Shown here in pieces: positions 27,805-41,770 of a DNA stretch of 64,000 bases (within the stretch, counting starts at the first letter, position 1; each line of letters starts with the position of its first letter). Source of the DNA: Paraphysomonas bandaiensis (taxonomy: Eukaryota; Protista; Chrysophyceae); the NCBI GenBank assembly GCA_965644295.1, contig CBFFRP010000397.1, forward strand, positions 136,617-200,616, read 5' to 3'. A model generated the notes under the pieces. The model made no database searches. It worked only from the letters and a program-made list of their open reading frames with translations, and was not told the origin of the DNA. Both the position numbers and the translations under genes were made by a program.

Positions 27805-27924
27805 ATGGACGGTCATACAATGCAAACCGCACCCGCTCTCGTTCCGCTCGCGGAAGTTAAGTTGCATCTGGCCCGGTTAGTAGTACGGTGGGTGACCACG
27901 TGCGAAGTCCGGGTACTGTCCGTT
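27805..27924 (+). rRNA. 5S: 5S rRNA (second copy)
   Basis: Reverse complement of 20797-20916, no differences noticed; TTTTT terminator. Confidence 0.95.
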
Positions 27925-28143
27925 TTTGACTATTTTTTGCTATCCACATTTTGACATCATCATCAGCAGATCCCTGTAGTATATTCACTGAATATTTGTT
28001 TTGAAATTTGAACCGAGAGATGTGTGTTGTTATCATATCCACGTCTAAGTGTGTCACTGTGTATGATATCAACCACAACTCTCATACCCCTCTATATTAA
28101 CCAACTTCTATAAGTAACTATCTTTAACTTCAATAATATTAAC

Positions 28144-29582
28144 ATGTCTGAAGAAGGGCAAGCAAATAATCAACAACATTTCTCTACAGATCTCTTACGT
28201 GTATATTATGGACGTCTCTTTCCATATGAATCTCTATTTAACTGGCTATCGTATGGAAATGATCCTAACAGAGATATTAATGTGATCGATAAGACATTTT
28301 TTTCACGTAGAGAGTTTTCTTTTACTATTGAAGATGATATATATATACGATATCAGAGTTATCGTGATTTATCAGAGTTCACTGCAGCCATACAGAAACG
28401 ACAGCCACATAAGATTGATATAGGAGCTGTATTTAATTTACCACCCAAAGATCATAATACTGTTAAAGCTGAAAATTTCAAAACTATGGAACGTGAGCTT
28501 GTGTTCGATATAGATATGACAGATTATGATGATATCAGAACCTGTTGCAGTGGAGCCAACATTTGTGCTAAATGTTGGCCCTACATGACTATGGCTTTGA
28601 AGGTGGTGGATCAAATACTTCGAGAGGACTTCGGGTTTCGACATATTCTCTGGATATACTCTGGACGACGTGGTATTCACTGCTGGGTTTGCGATAAGTC
28701 TGCTCGAGAGCTCGAGAATGATGCGCGCTCAGCTGTTGTCCAGTACATGTCTGTGGAGACGTCCGTTAATGATGACAGTAGTAAAAAGACCAAACAATTT
28801 AGCACTCCATTTCACCCAATGATCAGGCGTGCATATGAAACTCTAGAGCCTTTCTTCAGATCTTGCATTGCCGATGAGACCGGTCAAGGGCTTCTTGGCT
28901 CCAAAAACTCTTGCATTAGGGTACTCAACACCCTGCCATTTGAGGCTATTCGAAAGGAGCTGTATAATGCCTGGGAAAAAAATTCTGAATTGACTGGGGC
29001 TGAAAAATGGGATCAAATAAAAGAAGCTACAACTTTACGACATGATGACTCTAAGAAACACCGCAAGGTTAACTACTCTGAACTGGAAGCCTGGCGAGTG
29101 GAGCTCGTGTTACACCACTGTTACCCCAGACTGGATGCAAACGTGTCCAAAGCACAAAACCATTTGTTGAAAAGTCCATTCTGCGTGCATCCGAAGACAG
29201 GACGTGTGTGTGTTCCTATCGATCCGGAGAAGGCAGAGGAGTTCGACCCCACCCTCGTACCCACCGTGCGAGTGTTGTGCGACCAGGTCGACGCCTTCGA
29301 GAAGAACAACGAAGGTGGGGCGTCAGATACTCCTGACTACCAGAAAACTTCGCTGAGAGATGCCATTGAATGCTTTGAGAGGACATTCATGCAGTCACTC
29401 TGGGCGTCTATCAGGTAGGACGACATCGTGTGTTATATCTGTGTAGAAGAACATATCAGTGCATGAGTGATGTGTGTACGTAGAGAAGACCGTGAATTAT
29501 GTACTATATGTGATGTGGTTTCTGCAGGCGCGACTTTAGGAACGAGACAGAAAAAATATCAGCTTCAACTGGAGATTTTTAG
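28144..29582 (+). CDS. PRI1: DNA primase small (catalytic) subunit
   Basis: RREFSFT, KIDIGAV, ELVFDIDMTDYDDIRTCC, YSGRRGIHCWV, YPRLD, HLLKSPFCVHPKTGRVCVP; short last exon 29528-29582. Confidence 0.97.
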
Positions 29583-30128
29583 TGTGTGGAAGTTAGTTGT
29601 CAATGCGGTGGGTCCGCAATCTATATTTTTGTCATCCAATGTGGTGCCCTTGCTATGTAGTAGACGAATGTAAAATAATAAACCATTGCACACGACATCG
29701 GACTTCTAGAAAGCCGTATAAAAATTACTGATTCAAAACGTTGACTATGGCGTGAATGGTAAATGGTAGCATGGTAGCGCATGTGCACGGCAGATTCAAG
29801 TTGTTTTGCACTTCAGAATGAACTCATTGTGTGGTTGGGTATGCTGTAGTCTGTAGAATACACCAAACTCCATTTTTAAACAATATTTGAATTCGTATGG
29901 GAACTTCGTAGCATTGCGGATATTGTTCACTTGACTAGTGGCATTGGTAATACGAAGTAAAGCCTACGGCAGTGTTTCATTTGGCCGCAAAGAATAGACT
30001 TAAACCTCAACGTAACACAGAATATTGACACTAATCGGACCACTTATTATATGTATTATAAGATGATACAGTATTGAATAGTAAATCAATGATACAAATA
30101 GGAGAGCTGCCATTACACTACGTAACAA

Positions 30129-32585
30129 CTAGGGAAGCGCCATTCTCATCTTGCATCTCTGCCTAAATATGTCATCTCTGTTGTCCTCTCTATCGTGATC
30201 GTCGTCGTCATCATAGTCATCTATGTCACCAAACCCCCTTTTCGATCCTGCCATTAGTATATCCCCCGTTCCTTCGGTCTGCCGCAGGGTATCCTCACCA
30301 CCTGCTTGCCTGTCTTCGTCCGTAACAGGGCGTGGTGGAAGAACAGTCTTCTTAAGTTGGTCTAGGTAGGCATCGACATCGGGTGGTGGGCCAGTATGTG
30401 CCGGAAGACGGGAGAGAAGGTCACGGAGAAAAATAGGCACTCCCACCATGCCAGCATCGTGTGTATCCTGGTCCCTCCTTTTGCGCCTTCCTCCACCCCC
30501 AGCGGTTTCCATTAGATTAGACATGCGCTCATCCTCACGGCGAGAAACCTCTTCTAAATATGCTGTGCCACGACACCGGTTGCGTAGAGCAGCGTCTGCA
30601 CTAGGCAGACACGAGACAATTCCAGCACACCGCGAAAATATATCTTCTGCTGGATCAAATATATCGAAGGGAGGCTCTTCTGACCTATTACCACTGTGAT
30701 CTTCCAAAGCTCTTTGCAGAGCTCTGATGCGGTCCCGGAGAGAAGATAGTCGGGCAACATCACTCAAACCCAGTTGCAGTTCTGCTGCAAGTAGGTCCTC
30801 CCACAGAATCAGCTGCTCCTGTCCACTGAATCCACCCGCTGCTTTATGTCGCTGGCCGGATGACCCAATAGCGCTTCCCTCAATGGCCCCAGCCGCACCT
30901 AGAGCTGTTTGTACTACCCAACGGAGCTGCTGCAGATCTCCCAGTCGCACTAGAACGCGTATCATAAGCCGTAAGAAAGGAACAGAGTGGCAGTACGTAG
31001 GGTGTCGCTCTCGAGCAGCCTCTAGTACCCGCAAAGCTACATCCGGTTCGCCATTCACCTCCAGTTCGACTAGGGCATGCGCGGTGTACGCCTGCCACAA
31101 GCACCGGTCACAAAAGAAAGAAACCCACGAAGTTGACATACCCACCTCACAACCTAATACACCGTCTTTCCTCATAGAAAGTGTCTCGGAAAAGAGCCGG
31201 CGGGCCGCTACTTTGCCATCCCTCCTACGGGTCACTCGCTGTAAAAGAGCAAAGGTAAAGGCGCTCGGCACACGGTCGAAGGCACTCTTCAGCACTTCAT
31301 AAGCAGCATCAATGCTGTTATGCTGTTCCTCAAATTCAGCCATCTCCGCCCATAAGGTGGGAACCTGTGGAAGGACAGAGAGAGATTCTTTGAGCACGGC
31401 CCTTGCCTCTGTCTGTCCCGCCGTCCGCAACTCGTAGCTGTGCAAATAATGCATGTAAGACAAATTACATTAAAGAAAAAGCGATTACGTACCGTGCATA
31501 CGCCATCCACACCTCGGGGTGTAATCTAAAGCAGCAGAGAAAGCTACATAGCAACAGTGAGACAAAGAACCAAGACTAAAGTAGTACACATTCAAAAAGC
31601 CTCACCGATCGAACATCATTCTCATGTAGCTCCTATGTCGGTCATCTGAAAGACCATCTGGGTTACTCATTTCATACCTCACCCATCGATTCCAAAGGTC
31701 CAACTGCTGCAGCTCGGTAAGAGAGCCTTCCTCCACAGGAGGTATAGCAATACGATTTAGATCAATCTTGGAACTGGCTTTTTTCCTCGCTTTATACGTC
31801 TCTCTGGCGCTCTGGTTTCGCGGACGAAACTCAGGCAATAGCTGAGTGGCGAGATGCTCTCCTGCCCGCATCTCCAGTTCCTCATACTCCTTCCAGTACT
31901 GTTCCAGATCCTCCATTGGGTTACATATGGCGCGCTGATATATCTCACGCAAGGCTGTGAGTCTTCTGCCAGCATCAAGAGCACCGCCCTCAGGCCAAGA
32001 CTGCACGAACTCAATGTACCGCCGCCATATCGAGCTTGAGTCGGCACACATACCCACATTGTCTAAGGCACGCTCATAAGCGGCATCTAAATTCCGCTTC
32101 GCATTGCCATATTGCTCCGAATGGGGGGGGTTCAAATCTATAGTCCTTCGTTGAACGAAGGTGAGGTATATATTCCACAGGTCCACATTCCGACACTTCG
32201 GCAGACATTTACGGAACACCTCCTCACATGCCTGAACATCACCCGTCTCTATATGATATTCCACAAGTTTCTTCCATAAATTAGCTGCACGTGGAAATTG
32301 TGTAGTAGCTTGTGTGTATATCTCCAGTCTAGTGGCCTCACCACCACGCCCTTGTTCAATCTCTTGTATGAGCACTTGCCATGAACTCACATCCCAACAA
32401 TCATCTGATACAGCTTTTTTTGCATCTAAATAATCAGGTGATTCATATATTTGTTTGTTATTTGATGATAATGCATTATCTGTTTGTTGGGGTGGTAGGA
32501 AGGAGTTGCTATCAGGCCCCAGCTCTTCATCCTCTTCTGAGCTATCACTCTCTAAGTTAAGTAATACAGGTGCTCCTGTGTTCAT
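30129..32585 (-). CDS. CSTF3: Cleavage stimulation factor 77-kDa subunit (Rna14/Suf; HAT repeats); multi-exon
   Basis: HAT repeats, VDLWNIYL, REIYQRAICNPMEDLEQYWKEY, WVRYEMSNP, RRDGKVAARRLF, C-terminal DIFRQR. Confidence 0.88.
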
Positions 32586-33296
32586 ATGTATCGTTATAAT
32601 GCTCAAGTAATGAGAGTTATGCAATAGATTAACACTTGAAGAGGTGGAGACGGCTGTTTATATATAACTACTGAAGATTACAAGGTGCATATCGTGCATG
32701 CATATACATACACATACATACATACACACATACTGCTGTACCATACACACATACTGCTGTGTACAGCAGCTCATAGAGTGTGTGTGTGTTGTGATGGTGT
32801 ACATGGACAGCAGTATATTATCACAGAATACAGTGGAATACATACCCCACAAAATACATATACATAGAAAAAATTCGACCTTTTTTACATTTTTTACGAA
32901 ATTTTTAACAAAATTCAAAAAATATATGCAAAAAAAGAAAAGAAAATCTATATACACATCATCATCAGCAGTTCGTGGAGCAGATGTGCATATGTATGTA
33001 TGGAGTGTATCTGTACATATATTTTCAGTGCAAAGATGCTCTATTTAATTAATAATCTCACCTCATAGCAGTTCATAACAGTGTTGTGTATAAGTTAATC
33101 AAAGGAATAATATATTTAACGATCAAGTATATTTTACTACAAAGAAAAATCATTATTTCATTGCAGTGACACGTTGCATGTCTATCTACATTGATATATA
33201 TATTTCTTCTTGACAGTAGAAGTGCATATCGATATCAGTGTTTGTTAATCAAAGTTTTACTGTTCCACTAAATTAATATTTTGATTCGTGTTGTAA

Positions 33297-33761
33297 ATGA
33301 GCTCCTCATCTAGACCGAAGTCAAGTTTATTTAAAAATGGGGATATTCCGACCATTGATCTTCGCAATGTGCTTTTGAAGGGTTTCCTAACCAAAGAAGG
33401 TGGTAGTTGGAAAACATGGCGAAGGAGATTTTTCGTTCTTTCTGTAGATGGAGTATTAAATTATTTTGAAGATGAAACAATGGCCAAACCTAAAGGCTCA
33501 CTTAACTGTCGCGATGCTGAGGTACACCCTCTCACTGAACAAGGAGATTTATATTTTGAAATCGCGACTGAGGTGTTCAAGTCGGACTCTGGACGTCGTC
33601 TTAAGCTGTTAGCCGAAAGTGAAGAGCAAATTTTTGAATGGGTACAGGCTATTCGGGCTGTGTCTTGCTTATACGGAGATTCAACTCCTTCTACTTCTAA
33701 TGCTGGTGAGGGTACATCAATACCAGACTATAATGATGTGGATTCAGATCCTCTTTGCTGA
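33297..33761 (+). CDS. PH-domain protein
   Basis: LKGFLTKEGGSWKTWRRRFFVL...LNYF...PKGSL...AESEEQIFEWVQAI. Confidence 0.92.
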   Translation: MSSSSRPKSSLFKNGDIPTIDLRNVLLKGFLTKEGGSWKTWRRRFFVLSVDGVLNYFEDETMAKPKGSLNCRDAEVHPLTEQGDLYFEIATEVFKSDSGRRLKLLAESEEQIFEWVQAIRAVSCLYGDSTPSTSNAGEGTSIPDYNDVDSDPLC

Positions 33762-35481
33762 GTCGGATATATGTGTAAAGTGTATATGTAGTTTGGTACG
33801 TATGAACATAATAGCGTAGACTTAAGAGTATTCCAGCTAATATATCCTAAGCGCATGTCATAAGAGTCATAATAATACGACTATCAATGACAATTCATGA
33901 GTAATGAACAGTGCTGTGGGTCTTAAGATGAGAAGAGGTAGACTATTCTCTCTAGAATTAACGAATCAATTGTCGTATTTGTGGCTTGCAGGTCCATAAA
34001 CCTTTGTTCTGCGAATCAACCCTATATACGTATACACGTATACCCATACATACTGAGACCACATTACTATACTATCTACTATTCTAGACGAAAAATGTAA
34101 TATTCGTAAGGATTCGACTACGTCATATATATCGTACTGTTATAATGTACTGCGACATTCTGAACTGAAATAATTCTAACCGCTAAGTATAGCACGTTTT
34201 TTATTCCACCTCAGCCGTGTACTAAGTAGTCAGCATTCAGCATCGCCTAAGTACTAACAATCAGTATGCTACCTTGGATTTTAGCTACATTCTTTTCCAT
34301 CGCAACAAAAAAACTTATATGTGCTCTCTTGCTGTATCTAATTGGTACCATAACTTTTCTGCGTTCAAGAATTACAATATATTTGTATATTTATGACTCA
34401 ATCAACGGATTTCCCCGTGGCTTTTGTGGCTAATGAAAACTGATAGATTTCATAAAGCATTACAGCCATAGAAAAGACATTTTCCTACTGTAGTATAAAG
34501 AGGACTGCTGATTTGTACAAGAAATTGCAGTGCAAGGCCTTCAATAGAATAATATGGAACACTACATACACTAATTTACACTATAATAATACAAAGTTAC
34601 TTACATTTAAACATAATCATTACTATTTAAACAACAAAACTCTTGCATAAGTAAACTATACGATTAAACATTACTTCCTTCTGGTATGAATCCCATAATC
34701 TTTCGGAAGTTTTATCTTGTTATGCGCTCTAGGCTGAAGTTGTAGCAGCATACTCCGACTTCTTATTGTCGTCGTTATCGTCCTATTTAGTAATATCAAC
34801 CTGTTCGCGCTATTTTCAAGTCTAAGACATCATCGCACTCACAATGAGTGAATAGTATACGTCTTATGGATAGCTTTGCATCTTTACTACAATAGATAAA
34901 CACTATTTAATGACACCCAAATACGCTCAATGATATTTCTTAAAGTAACAAGCACCTCACTCTTTTGGTATGGTAACGCATTTCACGATAAAAGGTTAAA
35001 CCAAACCTACAGTACATAGAGCAATCTATGATATATCTGCACGGTCATATCTGCCTGTCTATAGATAGATACACATGGATATCTGCAGATCCGTTTCAGA
35101 TTTGGTATGAATATATCTGTATATGTACAGCAGTACAGGTAGACAGGTACATTATGGATATATCCTACAGCAGTACAGTATCCGTATATTGCATAGAGGA
35201 GTGGATAGTTTTTTTTTTGTATTTCTTTTGATTTTCTTGTTGCTACATACACACAGCAGCACTATATATACGCATACATACACATACACACAGCAGCATA
35301 TATACATATACGCATACATACACATACACACAGCAGCAGACAGCACTCGGTATATACTCCAACTCTACCACCCCAGCATTGCTAAACACATCTGAGTCAT
35401 CATAATCCAACTCAAACACAATAAGAGTGAAGGATATAATCATTACCTATTACTTCACATTCAATTTACTTATAAAACAAT

Positions 35482-37265
35482 ATGAGTCAAGAACAAAAAG
35501 AGAGTTTGAATGAACCTGCTAAACTATTGCTACTAGTAAGACGATTAGAATCTAGCATACATCCTTTAATCATAATTAAATAATAGGCTGCATTATTAGC
35601 AAAGGATCATATTATTAGCAATAATGCAAAAGCATTTTTGAAGGGTATATTCATGAGATAGACTATACATATATATATATACTGATTGTATGTATATACA
35701 GAATTGATATTGAGACGTGATACAAGAATTATTCAACTCTTAAAAAAATTTGAATCAAAAGAAGCAGGCGACACGACATTTCTGGATCATATTCACGATT
35801 TGATTGAAGACGAGGCACATGCAGTTTTTAATGAATTATTTTCTGATACCAGTTTGGAGGTTGGGAAAACTCTGTCGAAGGAAGAGCGCGATCAGAAATC
35901 CCTGCAAGACGAAAAGGTTAGATAAGCTTATGATTAGCGTGTATACAAACTGAGAGTGATATATTTACAGTCTCTTATTTATGGGGAGGTAGATTTTCAC
36001 TCTTTTTATCGCGTCTTACGTAAGATTAATCCCTCTCCGGGCGGCGTTTTTTACGACCTCGGAAGCGGTACTGGCAAGGCTGTTTTTGCCGCCAGATTCG
36101 TGTGTGATTTCTCACGGTGTATTGGTATTGAAGTACTGGAATCTTTACACCAGCAGGCGGCTGGGATTGTGCACAGGTAATACATTCCATGCCATATCTG
36201 TGGGCTATCTCGCGGATATTACTTCAGTGTGTTACTTTTGCAGTTTCTGACATGCTAACATAATTTTTGATGGGGTAGATACAATGAAGACTTCCAGGAG
36301 TATCTAACGGCAGGAATGCATCAGATGGCTAACGTTTATGCGGTAAATACTTCTTTTGTATTGTTATTTACAACTGTTTGCTTATTATTAACATAGGGCT
36401 CCTTTTTGGACTATGATTGGTCTGATGGAGATGTTGTGTTCGCAAATTCTACGTGTTATGATGATCAGCTTATGGCTGACATGGGCGAGGTAAATATTGT
36501 TGTGCTGCTGTGTGCAAGGTATTTTTGTGATGTATATATGAAGAAGTTGTATCCGGTGAAGTAGAAATGTTTATTTTCTGTGGAATATTGGAATGTGTCG
36601 GAGCACGTTGACTGATCTCTCACGTTTCTAATAAAATTATGCAGATGGCAAAGTCTTTGAAGCCGGGTGCTATATTCGTAACATTTACTAAAGGTCTGAA
36701 TCTTCCAGACTTTTTCGAGCTCGTCGAAAGAAAGAGGTATAGGATGAGTTGGGGACCTGCGACCGTATTCATCCATCGCCGACTGGGGGATGACGGCAGA
36801 CCCTGCGGACCTTTTAAATTAAATCTTCTCCCATCAGATGACAAGAACTACTCGGATGATGAGGGAGGCAATAAGTGGTCTAACGACGAGGACGACGAGG
36901 AAGAATCGGATGATGACTATGAAGATGATTACGAGGATGAGGACGATGGGATTGAAGCAGAGGACGAAGAAGAAGATGAGCCCTATGCGCCTCAGAGATC
37001 GTATTACGATACTTCATCTTCTAGTAATAATGGCACCGCTGCTGCAAACCCATTGGAACTCAAAGTTACCCCACTCATGAGTAAGTGAATTGCATATGTC
37101 TACTTTGTTACTACAGATGATATTAATGTTGCGTATTTGTGAATAGAATTTCAACAACGCCAGGCGGCTACTGCTGGACTTCCGTCTGGATTGGGCAGTC
37201 CTCAGGATGTTGCCCTGCTCAGACGAAAGAACCGCTCTGCAGCCAATCGTTCATCCAATATGTGA
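35482..37265 (+). CDS. Class I SAM-dependent methyltransferase (DOT1-like domain) with acidic tail; multi-exon
   Basis: LIYGEV, FYDLGSGTGKAVF, GIEVLESL, DWSDGDVVFANSTCY, LKPGAIFVT. Confidence 0.85.
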
Positions 37266-37867
37266 TCACTCAGTAGCAAGTGTCGAATTCAAGTGGCTGT
37301 TATTATTGTTGGGCGTTAGTGCTTAGAAGGTTAAGTTCTTATGTCTGGTGGATACGTTGACAGATTTCTTGTGAATGTCGTGAATGACCAAGTAATTATT
37401 AGGTATGATAGCTATTTAAACCATACGTTGCTGTTGTGGTTGGTCTTTAGTCCTTCTAAGCTGGAATTCTAATGTCTTTGTGACTGATCTTGTTTGCGTG
37501 TCTGAATGACTGTGTGCATTAGAAATAACGAAAACATTCATCAGTCTGTTACAGCCAGTATCATATTTAAAATTGAATGCCTAGTAGCTATTCAAAACCT
37601 GTTTCTGTCAGTAATGAGTGGTTTATGGAGTTATTAAATTACATAGTAACCAAGGATGAGAAGTAGCTAGCCGTCTTAGTTAGTAGTCGGGTAAGTCTAG
37701 CGTTGTAAAGTATCTGTGCAACTCCTCACTCAATATTACCTGTACAAATGGAAGATAACAGCTAATAGGTGAGAGTGATCCTCAACAGGCTGGCGTAGCA
37801 ATTAATTGGTGAGAGGTATCGAACAACGATAACAATTGAAACTATTAATCGTTAATCGGGCGTACGA

Positions 37868-38160
37868 TTATTGGCATTGTAAATAATTGATAATTGGCAA
37901 TAATAGCCAATAAAATGCCTTCAATTCTATTGCTGGCTTTTGAATAGCTTTCTGAACTACTATTTCATCCCAAAGATGCCTATTATGTGCACACAGAAAC
38001 ATTAATATTTCAAGTTGTCTAGGTTTTATTCGCATGCGATAATCAGTCATTACAATCATTGCACTGCTAAACAATTAGCAACCCGTCACAACCATTGGCA
38101 GTTTGTTGTGCGTGCTTTCCTGCACGTTCGGTCATCTTCATCGACTTCACCTTCGTCTGC
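37868..38160 (-). pseudogene. hAT transposase C-terminal remnant
   Basis: LFSSAMIVMTDYRMRIKPRQLEILMFLCAHNRHLWD. Confidence 0.7.
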
Positions 38161-38654
38161 AGGTACATCACATTTATCAAAAAGCATCTGTGATTTTCAG
38201 CGCGGTTCAATTCGTCGTCCATACCACGCTGAATCTTAACTACTGCTTACTCGAAGCTGAATTTTGAACAATGTCTGCATCTGTAGCCAGGTGGAATTTT
38301 ATCCCGGCATATTGACGAATTAAACCATCGAATTGTACCCGGGCATCAATCAGATTAAGCTATTTGACCACAAAAGTTAACAGACAATTCTAAACTATTC
38401 TGATGATACGAAAGTGCCCCTATATACTGACTGAAATTATCCACTTTGCTTAATCGCAAGACATCAAAAATAGAATCACACCCACGCAGATGCGTGTGGA
38501 CAATACCATATACCCCTGGATCGTATAATACAATAAACTCTATTGGGAGCTCTTTAGTTCAGCAGGTAATAGTTTGTTATTTCCACTGGCATAGATGGAC
38601 AGGGTTATCCACCAGTTGCAATAAACTTCATGACAGCTAGGTTTAAGTTGTGCG

Positions 38655-38860
38655 TCCTCAACAAAGTCGTTCTGCAGGATAAGTACCGGAGATATTTCTC
38701 CCATATATATATATATGTGAGCCTCATATATAATCAGCAGATATAGTTCTGCCCACTTATAGCCAAATGCTTGTGTGGTACTAAACAGCTTTGGACCATG
38801 ACAAATAAACAGGTATCCGGGAATGGGTCCACCGCAAGGGAACCCGTGGTTTTGGGCTGC
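38655..38860 (-). mobile_element. Dispersed repeat R1, degenerate copy
   Basis: TCAACAAAGTCG..GATAAGTACCGGAGATATTTCTC..ATAGCCAAATGCTTGTGTGGTAC. Confidence 0.8.
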
Positions 38861-39666
38861 ACTATAAATTTTTGTGTGGGCAACCAATTCAAGGTACTGT
38901 GCGCCACATAACTGTTCAATGAAAGATACGGATCACCAAAAACATCCAGTGCAGTAGAAGTTCAATTCCATTAACTATAACATTAACTATAACTCATCAA
39001 AAGAAAATATCTGTTGTTCTGCTGCAAAAAACTATATTGGAAATTCATTATCCGATCGTTGTGGAGATGCTCAGTTTGTTTCTTGACAACGATATTCAAC
39101 ATGATATTACTTTTGTGTGCTGAAGTTAAGGTGTATACTGATCCTTATACCTTATACTGTCACACAGTTATGATTTATAATGATGACGTGACTGTGCACA
39201 TACATACTAATTCTTCTACGCTCTCAAATAGTATCAATGATCAGATGATCAGTAGCTGCACAGCTCAGGGTGCTACGTATTTCAGTACTATAGGTATGTT
39301 TTCATTTACTATAGTTGGACGGATGTAACGTGGAGTTGACAAACCAAGCACAGAAGAATCAATAACAATTATGCTACTATAACCACCCCTGGAAAGAAAC
39401 TATTCGCGAAATTATGAAAGAAACACATCAAACCACAATTACTATCGTCAAAACTCTTTCGATTATATCATAATCTTATGAATAACTCTATCTTTATTCA
39501 CAATTGTGAATACACTGTGGCATTTTAGCCGATGCTAATAACGCACATCTATATGTGTACGATGCACGGTAGAATTATTCAACTCAACAAGATGTCAATA
39601 AATACATACCTACATAACTCTATATCATACTATACTAATCAAAAATAATCATCCTCATAATGCTGT

Positions 39667-39954
39667 CTATCTACTAGTTCGAAATCTCTTGGATGATCTG
39701 CCGTATGCAGGTTTGTGGAGATCATTCACCACATCAGTAAGAGCATAAACTTGTTTTTCGACAGGTGATGTTCTTCTTTTATTTGAAGAGAAACATGTAA
39801 AATATCTAGATATTCCTTTATCACGCTTACGTCGTTCATCATCGACTGGTTTCATCATATTCACATTTCGTGAATTAGGACACTGCTTCACTCCATGATT
39901 ACTGAAGAATGCAGGCTGTGGAAGTGGTGGATATTCAACAACAGTTATAGTCAT
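39667..39954 (-). CDS. Small basic orphan protein (95 aa), paralogue of 42346-42639
   Basis: Intact ATG-to-stop ORF sharing EY.P, MM.PV.D, I.R.F.C, KRRTSP.E and PAY motifs with the neighbouring ORF. Confidence 0.65.
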   Translation of the reverse strand: MTITVVEYPPLPQPAFFSNHGVKQCPNSRNVNMMKPVDDERRKRDKGISRYFTCFSSNKRRTSPVEKQVYALTDVVNDLHKPAYGRSSKRFRTSR

Positions 39955-41104
39955 GAATAAACTTGTGAATATAATAACACTACTCACAAGTCTCACTTGA
40001 AAATTGTGGTTGTCATTCTATTCTCTCTCTCTATGTATGTATGTATGTATGTATGTATGTATGTATGGTAATTGCATTCTGCATAGCAATATGGACACAG
40101 GCGTTTGTAGCCAATGAATGGTGGATATGACTACTTCATTTGTTATGAACAGATGGAAAAGTAGGTAAGAATATCGAATTCTATGAAATTTTTGTAAGTA
40201 TGTTCTGACTGGTACTGTGAGACGTGAATACTACAGCAGTACATACATGTATATACCATATATACTGTACCTTGTAGTACTGTAGTACATGACATGGAAG
40301 TGGACATGCAATTACATATTGTTGAAGTGGAGGTATGACAGCTTCCTCAACAGTTTCTAGTGCCTGTGTTGTGCACTATAGTTGCTATGACGCAGTCGCC
40401 AATGTGGATAGATAATGCAGAGATTGAACAGTTGTGATTAACTGGTTATTTACAATGATTTAAGATCAAACGAGAGATGTTAAACAGAATGGCGGCGAGG
40501 TTTACACTGTGGTAATATATGAAGTCACGTAGTTATTCTTAGTGCATAACGCAAACTCAAAGAAGCCTCACATGTCGTGCTTTTAAGCAGTAGAAAGGAG
40601 ATGTCAAGATCATATTAAGCCTGAACACAAGTATTATGTATTATAAAATTCATTTATCTGTTTTATTAATCATCGATAGGAATTATAGATTAATAACTGG
40701 ACACAATTTTTATCATTCGTTGACATACTATAGCTACTCCACAGTCGGATCACTACCGTAATCGTATACAGTTGCATTGCCCTACCTTCGCAATAATAGC
40801 CACTAGAAAATCAAATAGCTATTATCTCATTCAGCAAGATGTCTGGCATGTATAGTAATTGAAAAATGACTAGGTGATGGTGAAGTTGATAACAGTGCTA
40901 GAGCATTTAGTGAATCTACTTCGATTGTTTGGTCTACTACTTAATAGAACATCAAATAAAGTTAAAAACAGATATACTGTAATGAGAATCTACAATTCAC
41001 AATGAGGATATTCTGTCGACTGTACGTGCTCATAAATTGTTTACTTACTCTCACACAAATTTAATAAATAGTATAGTGAAACTAATGTCTTGTTGAATTT
41101 CGTG

Positions 41105-41290
41105 AGATGCTTTACACGGCAATGATACTAGTCATCAATTCGAGGTTACATGGAACTCTGTGTACAGTCAGGATTCACTTCAGGTACCATGGTATCTCTT
41201 GGCTGGAAATCACGACCACTATGGTAATGTATCTGCTGAGGTCGCCTTTACGGAGATCTCTGATCAGTGGAACTTTCCTAGTCCTTCAAG
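41105..41290 (+). pseudogene. Purple acid phosphatase (ACP5-like) fragment
   Basis: [48 protein letters not shown]; flanking exons not found. Confidence 0.7.
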
Positions 41291-41409
41291 TCTGAGGATG
41301 GTACAACTATGGGCGTTGTTTTCATTGACGTATGACAAGATGCAGTTGATATAATATATAAAATATAATGTATAGAGTAGCGTTGAGTGCGTCTAATATG
41401 CGCAATAAA

Positions 41410-41770
41410 TGCCCCATTCCGAGGACATGGCCATATTGTAGGCTGACTGGTGCACCACCTATAACACCGAGGTATAGTACTGGTTCTACCACCCGACTAC
41501 TTTGTAGCTGTCCGCATAGATAAGGCGCAGATTCTGTTTCCGCCCCACCGTATAGGTCCAGTGTGCTAGTGTGACATCGGCCGCTTCCCCCCCCTCACCT
41601 AGAATGCGTGGGGTTACTCGAAATCTCATATAGTGTAGATCTAGCTAGAGCTTTCTTGGTGTCAACACACAACGAATACGCTGAGATTTTTATTAATAAT
41701 CTATACGTTACTTAGCTTAGTCAACACTAGTACTTCATTATTCACTAGGGTACGCTCTCGGAATGGGGCA
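41410..41770. mobile_element. ~360-bp TIR element (MITE)
   Basis: Perfect 14-bp inverted termini TGCCCCATTCCGAG / CTCGGAATGGGGCA. Confidence 0.55.

Noticed and set aside
27678-28078. Small ORFs here and at 20696-20908 sharing peptide sequence
   Set aside because: They overlap the 5S rRNA genes
34600-34985. Possible small multi-exon minus-strand gene
   Set aside because: Splice-like signals are present but I could not assemble a consistent or recognisable ORF
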